A stretch of DNA of 64,000 nt from Herpetosiphon sp. NSE202 (GCF_042688385.1 NZ_JBHUPY010000007.1:194110-258109), one strand, 5' to 3'. Shown: positions 38,416-48,645, counted from the stretch's first letter. A program made the numbers and translations. The notes: generated by a model from the sequence alone, not told the origin.

Positions 38416-40155
38416 ATGTCTACGTTAACCTATCCGCACCTGCCCGCGCCCTTTGAAATCATCGGTGCTTGTGGCAAGCAGTCGAGTCATCGGCGTTTTT
38501 TTATGGCCAAAAAAGCGGGCATTCCCTACCTCGTTTGGTGGGAAAGCCGCATTCCCGATGCCTTGCGCAAACAACAAATGGTGGTACAAATTGCCGAGCA
38601 GGCAGGCAGCGAGGTCGCTATTTTAGATGTTCAGGCTTTATCGCTGCAACAACTCTTGGATACAGCTGGCAGCCTGCCTGCGCCGGTTGCCGCCCAATAT
38701 GCCTTAGGCCTCATCGAAACAGCCGAATTTAACCATCGCCAACGCACTGCACTCACCAGTAGCAATTTGTATGGGCCAAGTTTGCTCGACCTTGGTTCGC
38801 AAGGCACAATTGTGCCAAAAATCGATTCCAGTTTGGGCCAAAAAGCTGCGCCAATTCCAGCGCAATTATTGCCAGTGAACGAACAGCCCAGCCCAGCAGG
38901 CGATAGCTATTATATCGGAGCCTTAATTGCCTGGATGATTAGCGGCCAAGTTGCCCCCCAAGGGAATCCTTTAGCCATGTTGCCAGCAATTGATGGCCGC
39001 TTAGCGAGCATTTTACAACGCGCCACTGCCGCCAATCCAAAACAACGCCCAAGTGCCCAAGAGCTTGGCCAACAAATCCAAGATTGGTTAGCAGGCAAAG
39101 TTACCCAAGTTGCCAAAAAGAAGTCTTCAAAGCTGAAATGGCTGGTCGGTGCAATTGGCACGGCAATCATTATGTTCTTAGTCATCTATGGTTTATCGCA
39201 GCGGGATAAAGCAGCGGATACTGAGTTTGGCCAGGCCAAAGCCAATGGCCCAAGCACCGATTTCCAACCAGACAAACCAGGCACAGGCTTGGCAATCCTC
39301 AGCGATGTCAATGGAGTTGAGATTAATCGCATCGATGATACGGGCTATCCCGACATTGATATGTATCTGAGTATTATGCGCCCGACCGGGGTCGTAACCG
39401 ATGTCCCACGCCAAAATGTCAGCGTCTTTGAGAATAATAATAAAATTGAAACCTTCTCATGGGTCAATCTTTCGAAGATTCGCGATCCGCTGAATATTAT
39501 GTTGGTGATGGATACGAGCGGCAGTATGGGTCCCAGCAAAGAAGGCTTAACTGATGGCGGTTTAGATGCAGCCAAAATTGCTGCGCTTGATTTTATCGAT
39601 CAGCTACCGTCAAATACCAATCTTGGCTTAATTCACTTTGGCACGATGGTCACGGTTGATCACTCATTAACCGACGATATTGGCGCAGTGCGCCAAAGCA
39701 TTACCGAGCTTAAAGCCGAAGGCCAAACAGCAATTTATGATGCCTTGGCAATCAGCTATACCCAATTACGCCGCGCAGAAGGCCGCACCTTTATCGTGCT
39801 GATCTCTGATGGCGCTGATACCGCCAGCAAAGGCGATACTTACGATAGCATTGTGACCAAAGCAGCCAAAGCCAAAATTCCTACCTATATTATTGGCTTG
39901 ACCAGCCCAGAATTTGATGGCAAATTGCTGGAAGATTTGCAACGCGATACCAAAGCGATGATCTACCAAACCCCATCCAAAGAGCAATTGACCAGCTTCT
40001 ATGGTGAGGTCGCCCAGGAAGTCGCTGGCCAATACCGGGCCAGTTTCAGCGTGCCTGATAGCTATCCAAGTGGCGCTGGAATTACGCTCAAGGTCGAGGT
40101 CAATGCTGGCGATGGCCGCTTAGTCACCAAAGAACGCAACTATAACAAACCTTAA
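38416..40155 (+). CDS. Pseudokinase-like N-domain / TM helix / von Willebrand factor A (VWA) domain fusion protein
   Basis: Degenerate kinase subdomains (HRQ for HRD, DLG for DFG, DSYYIGALIAWMISG). TM LKWLVGAIGTAIIMFLVIYGL. VWA with MIDAS DTSGSMG...T...ISDGADT. Confidence 0.7.
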   Translation: MSTLTYPHLPAPFEIIGACGKQSSHRRFFMAKKAGIPYLVWWESRIPDALRKQQMVVQIAEQAGSEVAILDVQALSLQQLLDTAGSLPAPVAAQYALGLIETAEFNHRQRTALTSSNLYGPSLLDLGSQGTIVPKIDSSLGQKAAPIPAQLLPVNEQPSPAGDSYYIGALIAWMISGQVAPQGNPLAMLPAIDGRLASILQRATAANPKQRPSAQELGQQIQDWLAGKVTQVAKKKSSKLKWLVGAIGTAIIMFLVIYGLSQRDKAADTEFGQAKANGPSTDFQPDKPGTGLAILSDVNGVEINRIDDTGYPDIDMYLSIMRPTGVVTDVPRQNVSVFENNNKIETFSWVNLSKIRDPLNIMLVMDTSGSMGPSKEGLTDGGLDAAKIAALDFIDQLPSNTNLGLIHFGTMVTVDHSLTDDIGAVRQSITELKAEGQTAIYDALAISYTQLRRAEGRTFIVLISDGADTASKGDTYDSIVTKAAKAKIPTYIIGLTSPEFDGKLLEDLQRDTKAMIYQTPSKEQLTSFYGEVAQEVAGQYRASFSVPDSYPSGAGITLKVEVNAGDGRLVTKERNYNKP

Positions 40156-40179
40156 ACTTCTCACCTACAGCATGTTTTC

Positions 40180-40219
40180 AATCGCAGCATCTTAACCAAT
40201 GCTGCGATTTTTGTTTTGG
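40180..40219 (+). terminator. Rho-independent terminator after the VWA gene
   Basis: Stem AATCGCAGCAT/ATGCTGCGATT, followed by TTTGTTTTGG. Confidence 0.75.
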
Positions 40220-40270
40220 CTTAAAATTGTGCTACAGTGCAAACCACAATCGCACCTATGAGAAAACCCT

Positions 40271-41173
40271 ATGCTGGATTTACAAAAACTGCGCATGTTT
40301 GTGGCCGCTGCCCAAAGCCGCAATTTTACTCGCGCTGCCGAGCAACTCGATCTCACGCAACCGACGGTTAGCCAACAAATCCAAACGCTCGAACGCGAAC
40401 TCGGTGTGAGTTTGTTCGAGCGGCTGAGCCGTGGCATTGAGCTAACCGCTGCTGGGCGAGCGCTTTTACCCCACGCCGAGCAAATGATTGCGCTCGAACG
40501 AATTGCCGAACAGGCGGTGCGCGCCGCTGCGGGCCAAAGCGAACGCACCTTGCTCTTGGGCGTTGGCAACACCTTAGCCACCTATGCGCTGCCCGATTTG
40601 CTGCAACGCTTCAACTGGGAACACCCAGAATTTGTCGTCCACATTGGTACTGGTAACACCGAGCAATTGCTGGCTCAAGTGATTTCTGGCGAATTTGAAT
40701 TGGCGCTGGTTGGTTCGCCGATTAGCCACAATCAATTGATCGTGAGGCCATTTCTCAGCACCGAATTGGTGGTCATCGTCAGCCCCGATGATCCTTGGGC
40801 ACGCTTGAAACAGATTAATCTCGAAGCCTTGCATGGGCGACGCATGCTCTTGCGCGAAGAAGGCTCGGCTTTGCAAGCAAGCGTCAGCGAGTTGCTCACC
40901 AAGCAGCAAATTCGCCCTAAACAGCCAATTGTGCTTGGCAATCTTGAGGCGATTAAGCGCTCGGTTGAAGTTGGCTTAGGCATCGCCTTAGTGCCAGCCA
41001 TGGCTGTGCGCCGCGAAGTAGCGGCTGGGCGCTTGCGTCAATTGCATTTGGCCAATATGCCAACGCGGCGGGTGTATAACGTGGTGCATCATCGCGACCG
41101 CCACATTACGAATGCAGCCCAATTGTTCCTCGATCTCTTGCGCAAACCGTTGGGGCCTGATACTAACGAATAA
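40271..41173 (+). CDS. LysR-family transcriptional regulator
   Basis: N-terminal HTH LQKLRMFVAAAQSRNFTRAAEQLDLTQPTVSQQIQTLERELG plus substrate-binding domain. Confidence 0.85.
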   Translation: MLDLQKLRMFVAAAQSRNFTRAAEQLDLTQPTVSQQIQTLERELGVSLFERLSRGIELTAAGRALLPHAEQMIALERIAEQAVRAAAGQSERTLLLGVGNTLATYALPDLLQRFNWEHPEFVVHIGTGNTEQLLAQVISGEFELALVGSPISHNQLIVRPFLSTELVVIVSPDDPWARLKQINLEALHGRRMLLREEGSALQASVSELLTKQQIRPKQPIVLGNLEAIKRSVEVGLGIALVPAMAVRREVAAGRLRQLHLANMPTRRVYNVVHHRDRHITNAAQLFLDLLRKPLGPDTNE

Positions 41174-41248
41174 GGCCTTGATATGCTATGATACGATCTA
41201 TTGCTTCCGACCACCTTTTGGAGCAGAACCCGTTATGGGCTTGGGGGA

Positions 41249-41845
41249 ATGGCCTGCATGACCGATGCAGAACGACAATGGGTGAGCGCCGCCAAAGCTG
41301 GCGACGTTGAAGCCTTCAATCAATTAGTGCGCATGTACGAAGGGCGGGTCTATGGCTTGGCCTATCGAATGCTGGGCGATAGCGATAGCGCTGCCGATGT
41401 GGCCCAAGATACCTTTATCTCGGCATTTAAGGCAATTAAACGTTTTCGCGAAGGCTCGTTTGCTGCTTGGTTGCTACGCATCGCCACCAATGCGTGCTAC
41501 GATGTGTTGCGCGCCCAAAAACGCCGCCGCACCACCTCGATGGATCAAATGCTTGCTGGCGACGATGATAGCCCAGGCGAGCAATTTGAAGATCAATCGC
41601 TGCCTCTCGATCAGCATATGATCAATCGCGAGTTGCAAGCAGCCATTCAAGCAGGCTTGGCAACTTTGCCCGAAGATCAACGCGCAGTGTTAATTATGTG
41701 CGATATTCAAGGCTTTGCCTACGAGGAAATCGCGGCAGCTACTGATACCCAACTGGGCACCGTCAAATCGCGGCTCAGCCGAGCACGGGCAAAGTTGCGC
41801 GATTATCTTAAAAGTCGGGAACTTTTGCCAACTGCCGAACGTTAA
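41249..41845 (+). CDS. ECF-type sigma-70 factor
   Basis: Region 2 (LAYRMLGDSDSAADVAQDTFISAFK) and region 4 (AVLIMCDIQGFAYEEIAAATDTQLGTVKSRLSRARAKLR). Confidence 0.8.
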   Translation: MACMTDAERQWVSAAKAGDVEAFNQLVRMYEGRVYGLAYRMLGDSDSAADVAQDTFISAFKAIKRFREGSFAAWLLRIATNACYDVLRAQKRRRTTSMDQMLAGDDDSPGEQFEDQSLPLDQHMINRELQAAIQAGLATLPEDQRAVLIMCDIQGFAYEEIAAATDTQLGTVKSRLSRARAKLRDYLKSRELLPTAER

Positions 41846-41875
41846 GCTTGATATGACGACACAAGTGGGTATGCA

Positions 41876-42715
41876 ATGACACCAATATCTGAACAACACC
41901 AAGAACTTCTTTCGGCAGCCCTCGATGGTCAGCTTAGCGCCGCCGAGCAAGCTCAGTTGGATCAACAGCTTGAGCACGATCCTGGCTTAGCTGTCGAATT
42001 TGCCGAGTTGCGCTCGATGCAGGCGTTGTTGCAAGACCTCCCGCCTGTTCGACCGCCACGTAGTTTTACGCTCGACCCTGCCCTGCATGCGCCCAAACGC
42101 AGCCTCTGGCTCAGCGGCTGGACACGTTGGGTCACGGTGGTTGGCGTATTCGCCTTAATGCTGACGGTTGGCTTACAGCTTACTAATCAGGCTGAGCAAT
42201 CGATGACTATGGCTCCTGAATCGCGCATAATCAGCACTGAATCAGCTGCTGTTCAATCCCAGCAAAACGAAAATGAAAATCCTGCAGCGACATCAATGAG
42301 CACGGCAAGAAGCGCAGCCATGCCAACTCCAGAGATGGCACTGCTACAACAACCAACTGGTGGAGCTGCCGATGCAATGCTTGGGGCTTATCCACCGCCG
42401 GCCCAACCATACGCTGCTGGCTCAGGTCCAATGAGCGATACGAGCGATATGGCCCGTAGCATTAGCCCTGAACAAGCGACCGCCATGGCTGGCAATCCCT
42501 TGAACGAGCCACTAATCGAGCCGAATGGCACTTCATCGCCCGATACAATCAGCTTGGAGCCGCCAGTGCTCAAGGATCAAGTGCTTGAGCAAGCAGCTCC
42601 TGCGCCAGCCGAGTCTGAATCATCATTATTGCTCTGGTTCAGCATCGCGCTCGTGCTTGGGGTTGGCTTAGCCTTCGCCATGGGCTACTGGTTCAAATTG
42701 CATAAACAAGCCTAA
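41876..42715 (+). CDS. Anti-sigma factor-like membrane protein
   Basis: N-terminal anti-sigma helix (LLSAALDGQLSAAEQAQLDQQLEHD). TM at aa ~85 and again at the C-terminus. Immediately downstream of the sigma gene. Confidence 0.5.
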   Translation: MTPISEQHQELLSAALDGQLSAAEQAQLDQQLEHDPGLAVEFAELRSMQALLQDLPPVRPPRSFTLDPALHAPKRSLWLSGWTRWVTVVGVFALMLTVGLQLTNQAEQSMTMAPESRIISTESAAVQSQQNENENPAATSMSTARSAAMPTPEMALLQQPTGGAADAMLGAYPPPAQPYAAGSGPMSDTSDMARSISPEQATAMAGNPLNEPLIEPNGTSSPDTISLEPPVLKDQVLEQAAPAPAESESSLLLWFSIALVLGVGLAFAMGYWFKLHKQA

Positions 42716-42717
42716 AT

Positions 42718-43320
42718 TTACCACGGCTGCCCTTGCGCTTCTGCTTGGGCAGCCCTAATAAATTGGGCTAGCAGCGCAATTCGGGCTTCAGCCAAACCCT
42801 GGGCGCTAGCAAGCTGCAATTGGTTTGGCAAATGATGCAGATTCTGCTCTAAGGTCGCCAAAGCTTCGGCAAAGGTTGGGTAGCGCGTATCACGACCAAC
42901 CTTGCTGACAATTCGCAAGATTCCTACTGCCCCTAGTTGCTCCAAAATATCAGCATCGCGCAATAACCTGGCTTCAAGGCTGGTTGGGGTTTGCTGCGGG
43001 CTATGTTGAGCAATCGCCGCTAAAACCGCTGCAATCTTATCAATTGGAAATTGCCATTGGTGCAATAAATCTGGCACGGTTTTTAAGGCATAGGCTACAT
43101 TATCCCAAGCAGCCAATTCTGATGGTTCAGCAGGCCGATGACCAATAAAGACCCCAAGATCATGCAACCATGCTGCCGCATACAACACATCATCATCATA
43201 GACCAAACCTTCGCCAAGTGTTGTCGCCAACTGATATAAGCGCGGTTGATGGCTATATTTATCGATCGGTAAAGCTTGTTCACGAATATAGGCCTGAATC
43301 TGGGTGCGAAAATCTGACAT
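42718..43320 (-). CDS. HD-domain phosphohydrolase
   Basis: AAWLHDLGVF HD motif. Confidence 0.7.
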   Translation of the reverse strand: MSDFRTQIQAYIREQALPIDKYSHQPRLYQLATTLGEGLVYDDDVLYAAAWLHDLGVFIGHRPAEPSELAAWDNVAYALKTVPDLLHQWQFPIDKIAAVLAAIAQHSPQQTPTSLEARLLRDADILEQLGAVGILRIVSKVGRDTRYPTFAEALATLEQNLHHLPNQLQLASAQGLAEARIALLAQFIRAAQAEAQGQPW

Positions 43321-43545
43321 AACCCGACCTCTTATACGACCAAAACTCCATTGTACCCGCCAAAAGCAACCCATCTGTCACCCGTGTAGACCCTACTTTT
43401 GAGAATTGACATAAACGTCGTATCACAGGTACACTACAGCGACCACTCAACCACAACCCATTTTAGCAAGCAATGCTGCGTTGCCGAGCTTTAGGCGGTA
43501 TGGTATAGTTTGGTTGACAGCAGTCTGCAACGTGAGAGCATCACC

Positions 43546-44367
43546 ATGAGCGTAATCGTCATTGATGACCAAGTTGTGCATTACGAGACCTTTGGGCGTG
43601 GTCGTCCAGTCCTATTTCTTCACGGCTGGCTCGGTTCGTGGCGATATTGGATGCCGACGATGGAATTCGTTTCCAAAGATTTCCGCACATATTCGTTCGA
43701 TTTTTGGGGTTTTGGTGATTCAGATAAAACAAGTACTGCCAAGAGTATTAGCATTACCAATTTCTCTGATCAAGTGATTCGATTTTTAGATGCCATGGGC
43801 ATCGATAAGGTTCCGCTAGTCGGCCACTCAATGGGCGGAATGGTCGCGCTCAAAACTGCAATCCGCCACCCCAATCGGATTAGCCGAGTTGCGGCTATTG
43901 GTGCTCCAATCGTTGGTACATCGCTTTCAGGCTTGCTCAAACTCACCGATAATCAGTATGTTTCGCGAGCAATGGCCCGCGTGCCAGTCGTCACCAAGTT
44001 TTTGTTTCGCTGGTTTTTGGGCAATGTCAACGATACCGCCTACGGCGAAATTCTCGACGATAGCGTTAAGCCAACCGAAGAAAGTTTGCGCCGCGCCGTT
44101 GGCTCGATGATGCGCACCGATCTGCGGCCTGAACTCGAACAATTGACGATTCCGACCTTGGTTGTCCATGGCGCTCGTGACGATATTGTCAATCCTAATC
44201 AGGCAGATATTTTCTTACAACGCGATATGGCCAACACGCAAGTTTTTGTGATGCCAGAAAGTCGCCATTTTCCCTTCCTTGACGAGCCAGCACAATTTAA
44301 CAAGGTGCTTCACGCCTTCTTAAAACGGCCAGTCAATGAAACCCGTGCTGCTGCTGAAGCAGCATAG
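43546..44367 (+). CDS. Alpha/beta hydrolase
   Basis: HGWLGS oxyanion region, nucleophile elbow VGHSMGG, C-terminal catalytic His. Confidence 0.75.
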   Translation: MSVIVIDDQVVHYETFGRGRPVLFLHGWLGSWRYWMPTMEFVSKDFRTYSFDFWGFGDSDKTSTAKSISITNFSDQVIRFLDAMGIDKVPLVGHSMGGMVALKTAIRHPNRISRVAAIGAPIVGTSLSGLLKLTDNQYVSRAMARVPVVTKFLFRWFLGNVNDTAYGEILDDSVKPTEESLRRAVGSMMRTDLRPELEQLTIPTLVVHGARDDIVNPNQADIFLQRDMANTQVFVMPESRHFPFLDEPAQFNKVLHAFLKRPVNETRAAAEAA

Positions 44368-44384
44368 GTAGTTAGGTCAAGTTC

Positions 44385-44672
44385 ATGATTGATGAACAAA
44401 CTGAAGCCTTAGTTCGGCGACTCAAAAGTATCGAGGGCCATGTGCGCGGCGTGCAACGCATGCTCGAAGAGGATGCCTACTGTATCGATGTGCTGCGCCA
44501 AACCTTAGCTATTCGCCGCGCACTCGAAAAAGTCGATGCTCTCGTGCTCGAACGACATCTCTCAACCTGCGTTACCAATGCAATTCGCTCACCCAACGAG
44601 GGCGAACGCGAACAGGCAATTACCGAAATTCTCGAAATTTTTGCGGCAACCCGCAGCGTTAGCGAGAAATAA
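44385..44672 (+). CDS. CsoR/RcnR/FrmR-family metal-sensing transcriptional repressor
   Basis: LKSIEGHVRGVQRMLEEDAYCIDVLRQTLAIRRAL. Cys and His positions fit a CsoR-type Cys-His-Cys ligand set. Confidence 0.75.
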   Translation: MIDEQTEALVRRLKSIEGHVRGVQRMLEEDAYCIDVLRQTLAIRRALEKVDALVLERHLSTCVTNAIRSPNEGEREQAITEILEIFAATRSVSEK

Positions 44673-44680
44673 CCAACCCT

Positions 44681-45709
44681 ATGAATGAGCTGCTACCCTA
44701 CCCATTGTTGGGAATTGTCGGCCAAAGCGAGCTAAAAACCGCGCTTACCTTGGCCTTAGTCAATCCCGCTGTGGGTGGGGTTTTGTTAAGTGGCCCCTAT
44801 GGCGTGGGCAAAACCACCGCCGTGCGCGGCTTGCTCGATATTATGCCCTTGGTCAAACGCTCGCGCTGCGAGAATAATTGCCCCCCCGACGACGAGAGCG
44901 ACCTCTGCCCAACTTGCCTCGACTACCTCGAACGCGGCGAATCACGGCTCAAAGATGATCTCATGCGCTTAATCGAGCTGCCACTCAACGCTCGCTTAGA
45001 GGATGTGGTCGGCGGTCTGAACGAACGCGTCGCCATCGAACAACAACGCGTCCTGCTCGAAGAAGGGGTTTTGGCCCGCGCCAACAATAATTTGCTCTAT
45101 GTCGATGAAATTAATTTGCTTGATCACGCGGTGATCGATGCGATTCTCGATGCAGCAGCCCAAGGACAAACCTTCGTGCGTCGCGGGGCAATGGTCAAAC
45201 TCTATCAAAGTCGCTTGGTGCTCATTGGCTCGATGAACCCAGAGGAAGGTCGGTTACGACCCCAAATCTTGGATCGTTTGGGCTTACGGGTATGGGTTGG
45301 CCCGCAGCCAAACGCCCGCGAACGGCTTGAAATTTATCGCCGCGCAATTGCCTTTCGCCAAGACCGCACAGCCTTTCGCCTGGCCTATGCCCAAGCAACT
45401 ACCCAACTGCGGCTCGATGTACTCAAAGCGCGCGAGTTGCTGCCCAACGTTCATCTAACCAAAGCTGCTGAACGCTATGCGATGCAGATCATTACTCAAT
45501 TGGCAATTCCTTCGCATCGCGCCGAAATTGTGTTGCTCGAGGCCGCCCGCGCCCGCGCTGCTGCTGATGATCGGCTTCGGGCTACACCCAACGACATCAA
45601 AGCAGTTGCCCCAATGGCCTTACGCTGGCGACAAAGCCCGCATCTCAACGATTTTCTGAAGCAGCACGAAACCGAGGAAGGCCTCATCGCCCAAGCCTTG
45701 CAGGCTTAA
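44681..45709 (+). CDS. ChlI/BchI-family (Mg-chelatase subunit I-like) AAA+ ATPase
   Basis: Collinear with BchI: YPLLGIVGQSELKTALTLALVNPAVGGVLLSGPYGVGKTTAVRGL, LLYVDEINLLDHAVIDAILD, LIGSMNPEEGRLRPQILDRLGL. Cys-rich insertion CENNCPPDDESDLCPTC. Confidence 0.8.
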   Translation: MNELLPYPLLGIVGQSELKTALTLALVNPAVGGVLLSGPYGVGKTTAVRGLLDIMPLVKRSRCENNCPPDDESDLCPTCLDYLERGESRLKDDLMRLIELPLNARLEDVVGGLNERVAIEQQRVLLEEGVLARANNNLLYVDEINLLDHAVIDAILDAAAQGQTFVRRGAMVKLYQSRLVLIGSMNPEEGRLRPQILDRLGLRVWVGPQPNARERLEIYRRAIAFRQDRTAFRLAYAQATTQLRLDVLKARELLPNVHLTKAAERYAMQIITQLAIPSHRAEIVLLEAARARAAADDRLRATPNDIKAVAPMALRWRQSPHLNDFLKQHETEEGLIAQALQA

Positions 45710-46101
45710 TAATAGACTTCGCGGCCAAAAAAGGCTTCGACATCACGCGAATTCATATAGGCCAACACAATCACATTCCACAACATGCCGCCCCAAGCCC
45801 AGCGCTCGCCCAATAAACCATCTAAAATGTAGCCACCAATCGAAACATAGGCGCTAATAATCACCACCCACCACATGATGCGCCAGCCTTGAAACAGCGC
45901 CAATCCCATCACAATCTGAAAACAGGCGGTCACAACCAACACAATTGGATCTTCCGATAAGATAAACGATTGCAAGAAGGCCGGCACGCGCCCCAACAAG
46001 GCCACGCCAATCTCAACCAGTGCGGTCAGCACATAGCCAATCGCAATCACCGTAATCAAAAATGGGCGGCCAAAAGCCAACGATTCATTGCGTTTGAGCA
46101 T
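45706..46101 (-). CDS. Small polytopic membrane protein (DoxX-like)
   Basis: Four TM helices, ~130 aa. Last gene of the panD-moeA-cls operon. Confidence 0.4.
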   Translation of the reverse strand: MLKRNESLAFGRPFLITVIAIGYVLTALVEIGVALLGRVPAFLQSFILSEDPIVLVVTACFQIVMGLALFQGWRIMWWVVIISAYVSIGGYILDGLLGERWAWGGMLWNVIVLAYMNSRDVEAFFGREVYY

Positions 46102-46114
46102 GCTTGCTCCATTT

Positions 46115-47335
46115 CTATAAAATCGGCCACAGTGGCGAGAGCACCAGCTCGGCAGCCTTGGTATACCAAGGACGCTTAATCCATTCGGCCAAGGTCAATT
46201 CGCGGGCATTGGTCATATCGCAGGCAAAAATGGCTTCCATGCGTTCAGCAAAGGCCGCATTGTAAATTTCAAGATTAATTTCGTGGTTGCCCGCCAAACT
46301 CAGCCGATCAAGATTGGCCGTGCCAACCGTCGACCAAATGCCATCAATCGTCGCTGTTTTGGCATGAATCATGGCGTTTTCATACAGAAAAATTTTAATT
46401 CCATGGCGCAAGCAAAATTCAAAATAATGGCGCGCCAGCCAATCAGCCAACACATGGTTCGATTCAGCTGGCACCAAAATCCGCACATCAACCCCACGCC
46501 GCGCAGTGAGCACCAAAGCCTCTAAAATTGCCCGATCAGGAATAAAATAGGCATTGCTGATGTAGACAAAACGCTCAGCTCGTTCAATTGCATCGAGATA
46601 CATCGAACGAATTGGAAACACCAAACGCCCAGCATCGTTGCGTTGCACCCGCACCGTCGATTGCCATTCCAAATCAAGGTCGATGTTGAGCCGAGGCAAG
46701 CGCCGCCGATAGCGATTCCATTGCGAGGCAAACATCTCGGCCAAATTGCGCACAATCGGCCCACGCACTTGCACATGGGTGTCGCGCCACTCGGTGCGAT
46801 ACAATTCGCCTAAATTGTAGCCCCCAATAAAGGCTACGTCATTATCGACAACCAACAGTTTGCGATGGTCACGTGCATACGAACCAATATCGAAAATTTG
46901 CGATAAGCGCGGAAAAGCAGGATAGGTCAACAAGTGAATTTCAGCAGGAAACTTTTTGAATTTACGCGGCACCACCAAATTCGCAAACCCATCGACAATC
47001 ACATACACGGCCACGCCGCTATGGGCTTTGCGCATCAAAGCATCGCGAAATTTTTGGCCTAATTCATCGCCTTTGAAAATAAAGGTTTCAAGCAAAATCA
47101 AGCGTTGTGCCGATTCAATAGCCTGCAACATCGCCGGAAATAGCTCTTCGCCCGACATATACAACTGAAATTCATGGCGATCGTCGCTGGTTGGCGGCAG
47201 GCTAATCCGTGGGTAGCGCTTATAGGTAGTTGGTCGCCATTTGCGCACGCCAATCAACAAAAAAGCCAAGCTCACTTGGAGTACCACGATTACCACCAGC
47301 ATCGTTATCAGATCTTGAAATGATTCAAATGGCAT
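46115..47335 (-). CDS. cls: Cardiolipin synthase / phospholipase D family
   Basis: Two HKD motifs (HRKLLVVDNDVAFIGGYNLG and HAKTATIDGIWSTVGTANLD). N-terminal TM. Confidence 0.8.
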   Translation of the reverse strand: MPFESFQDLITMLVVIVVLQVSLAFLLIGVRKWRPTTYKRYPRISLPPTSDDRHEFQLYMSGEELFPAMLQAIESAQRLILLETFIFKGDELGQKFRDALMRKAHSGVAVYVIVDGFANLVVPRKFKKFPAEIHLLTYPAFPRLSQIFDIGSYARDHRKLLVVDNDVAFIGGYNLGELYRTEWRDTHVQVRGPIVRNLAEMFASQWNRYRRRLPRLNIDLDLEWQSTVRVQRNDAGRLVFPIRSMYLDAIERAERFVYISNAYFIPDRAILEALVLTARRGVDVRILVPAESNHVLADWLARHYFEFCLRHGIKIFLYENAMIHAKTATIDGIWSTVGTANLDRLSLAGNHEINLEIYNAAFAERMEAIFACDMTNARELTLAEWIKRPWYTKAAELVLSPLWPIL

Positions 47336-47352
47336 CCGCCGTACTCCATCAA

Positions 47353-48588
47353 CTATTGCAATTCGCCAAACAGCACAATTTCGGCGTATTCACCACGAAT
47401 AATGCCACGACTTGCCTCTGGCACAATCAACAAGCCATTTGCTCGCGCCATCGAGCTAACCAAGCCTGATCCTTGAGCACCGGTTAATTGAGCAGTCAAG
47501 CCTTCAGCGCTGCTTTTAACAATCACCCGCAAATATTGGCGACGTTCGTTGCTTTCCAAATCGGCATCGAGCAGTTTCGCCCAAACACTAGGCCGAAAGA
47601 GCTGTTGATAACCGCCAAGCTTGCGTAACGCAGGCCGTACAAACAGCTCAAAACACACCATGGCCGAAACTGGGTTACCAGGCAAGCCAAAAATTGGTTT
47701 GCCATTGATCGAGCCAAAGGCCAAGGGTTTGCCTGGGCGCATACGCACGCGCCAAAATTCTAGTTTGCCAACTTCGTTCAAAATTTGCTTGACCAAATCA
47801 TAATCGCCAACCGACACGCCGCCAGAAGTCAACAATACATCAGCTTCGGCCACTGCTTGGGCTAAAGTTGCGCGCAAGGCCTCAGCATTATCGGGCACAA
47901 TTGGCATTAAGATCGGAACCGCTCCCGCTTCGCGCACTTGGGCGGCATTGGCATAGCCATTCGAGTTGCGAATTTGGCCAGGATTTGGCTCAACGCCAAC
48001 ATCAACCAACTCATCGCCAGTTGCAATAATTGCGACGCGTGGTTGGCGAAACACTGGCACTTGAGCCGCGCCAATCGTAGCCAAAACCCCAATGCTGCCA
48101 GCATGCAAGACCTGCCCAGCGTTTAAAACCAAGGCTCCAGCCTGCATATCTTCACCCGCTGGGCGAATATTATTGCCGTGCTGGGTTGCTTGAAACATCC
48201 GCACAACCTCAGATTGGGCGTTGGGCTGACCTTCGTCGGTTTCCTCGAAGGGCACAACCGCTTCAGCATTAGCCGGAACTTGAGCGCCAGTCATAATCCG
48301 AATTGCGCTGCCAGCCCGCAGTTCATGCTTTGGCACCGCTCCCGCCGCAACCCGTTCAATAATCTGCAACGATACAGGCTGATCGGCACTGGCTTGAGCC
48401 AAATCGCCAACCAACACCGCATAGCCATCCATAGCCGAGTTAGCAAATGGCGGTGCAGCGCGATCGGCATACATGGACATGGCCAAGACGCGACCTAAGG
48501 CCTCAGTTAACGCAATTGATTCGCTGGCGAGGGTGGTCATGCGCTCAAGAATCGCCGCTTGAGCATCGGCAACAGCAAGTAAGCTCAT
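47353..48588 (-). CDS. moeA: Molybdopterin molybdotransferase MoeA
   Basis: MoeA N-terminal LSVADAQAAILE. MoCF-biosynthesis domain GGVSVGDYD. C-terminal beta-barrel. Confidence 0.85.
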   Translation of the reverse strand: MSLLAVADAQAAILERMTTLASESIALTEALGRVLAMSMYADRAAPPFANSAMDGYAVLVGDLAQASADQPVSLQIIERVAAGAVPKHELRAGSAIRIMTGAQVPANAEAVVPFEETDEGQPNAQSEVVRMFQATQHGNNIRPAGEDMQAGALVLNAGQVLHAGSIGVLATIGAAQVPVFRQPRVAIIATGDELVDVGVEPNPGQIRNSNGYANAAQVREAGAVPILMPIVPDNAEALRATLAQAVAEADVLLTSGGVSVGDYDLVKQILNEVGKLEFWRVRMRPGKPLAFGSINGKPIFGLPGNPVSAMVCFELFVRPALRKLGGYQQLFRPSVWAKLLDADLESNERRQYLRVIVKSSAEGLTAQLTGAQGSGLVSSMARANGLLIVPEASRGIIRGEYAEIVLFGELQ

Positions 48589-48645
48589 ATAAAAAAAGGC
48601 CATGGATGGGCCAAAACCCAATCCATGGCACACTCCTCACAACAA

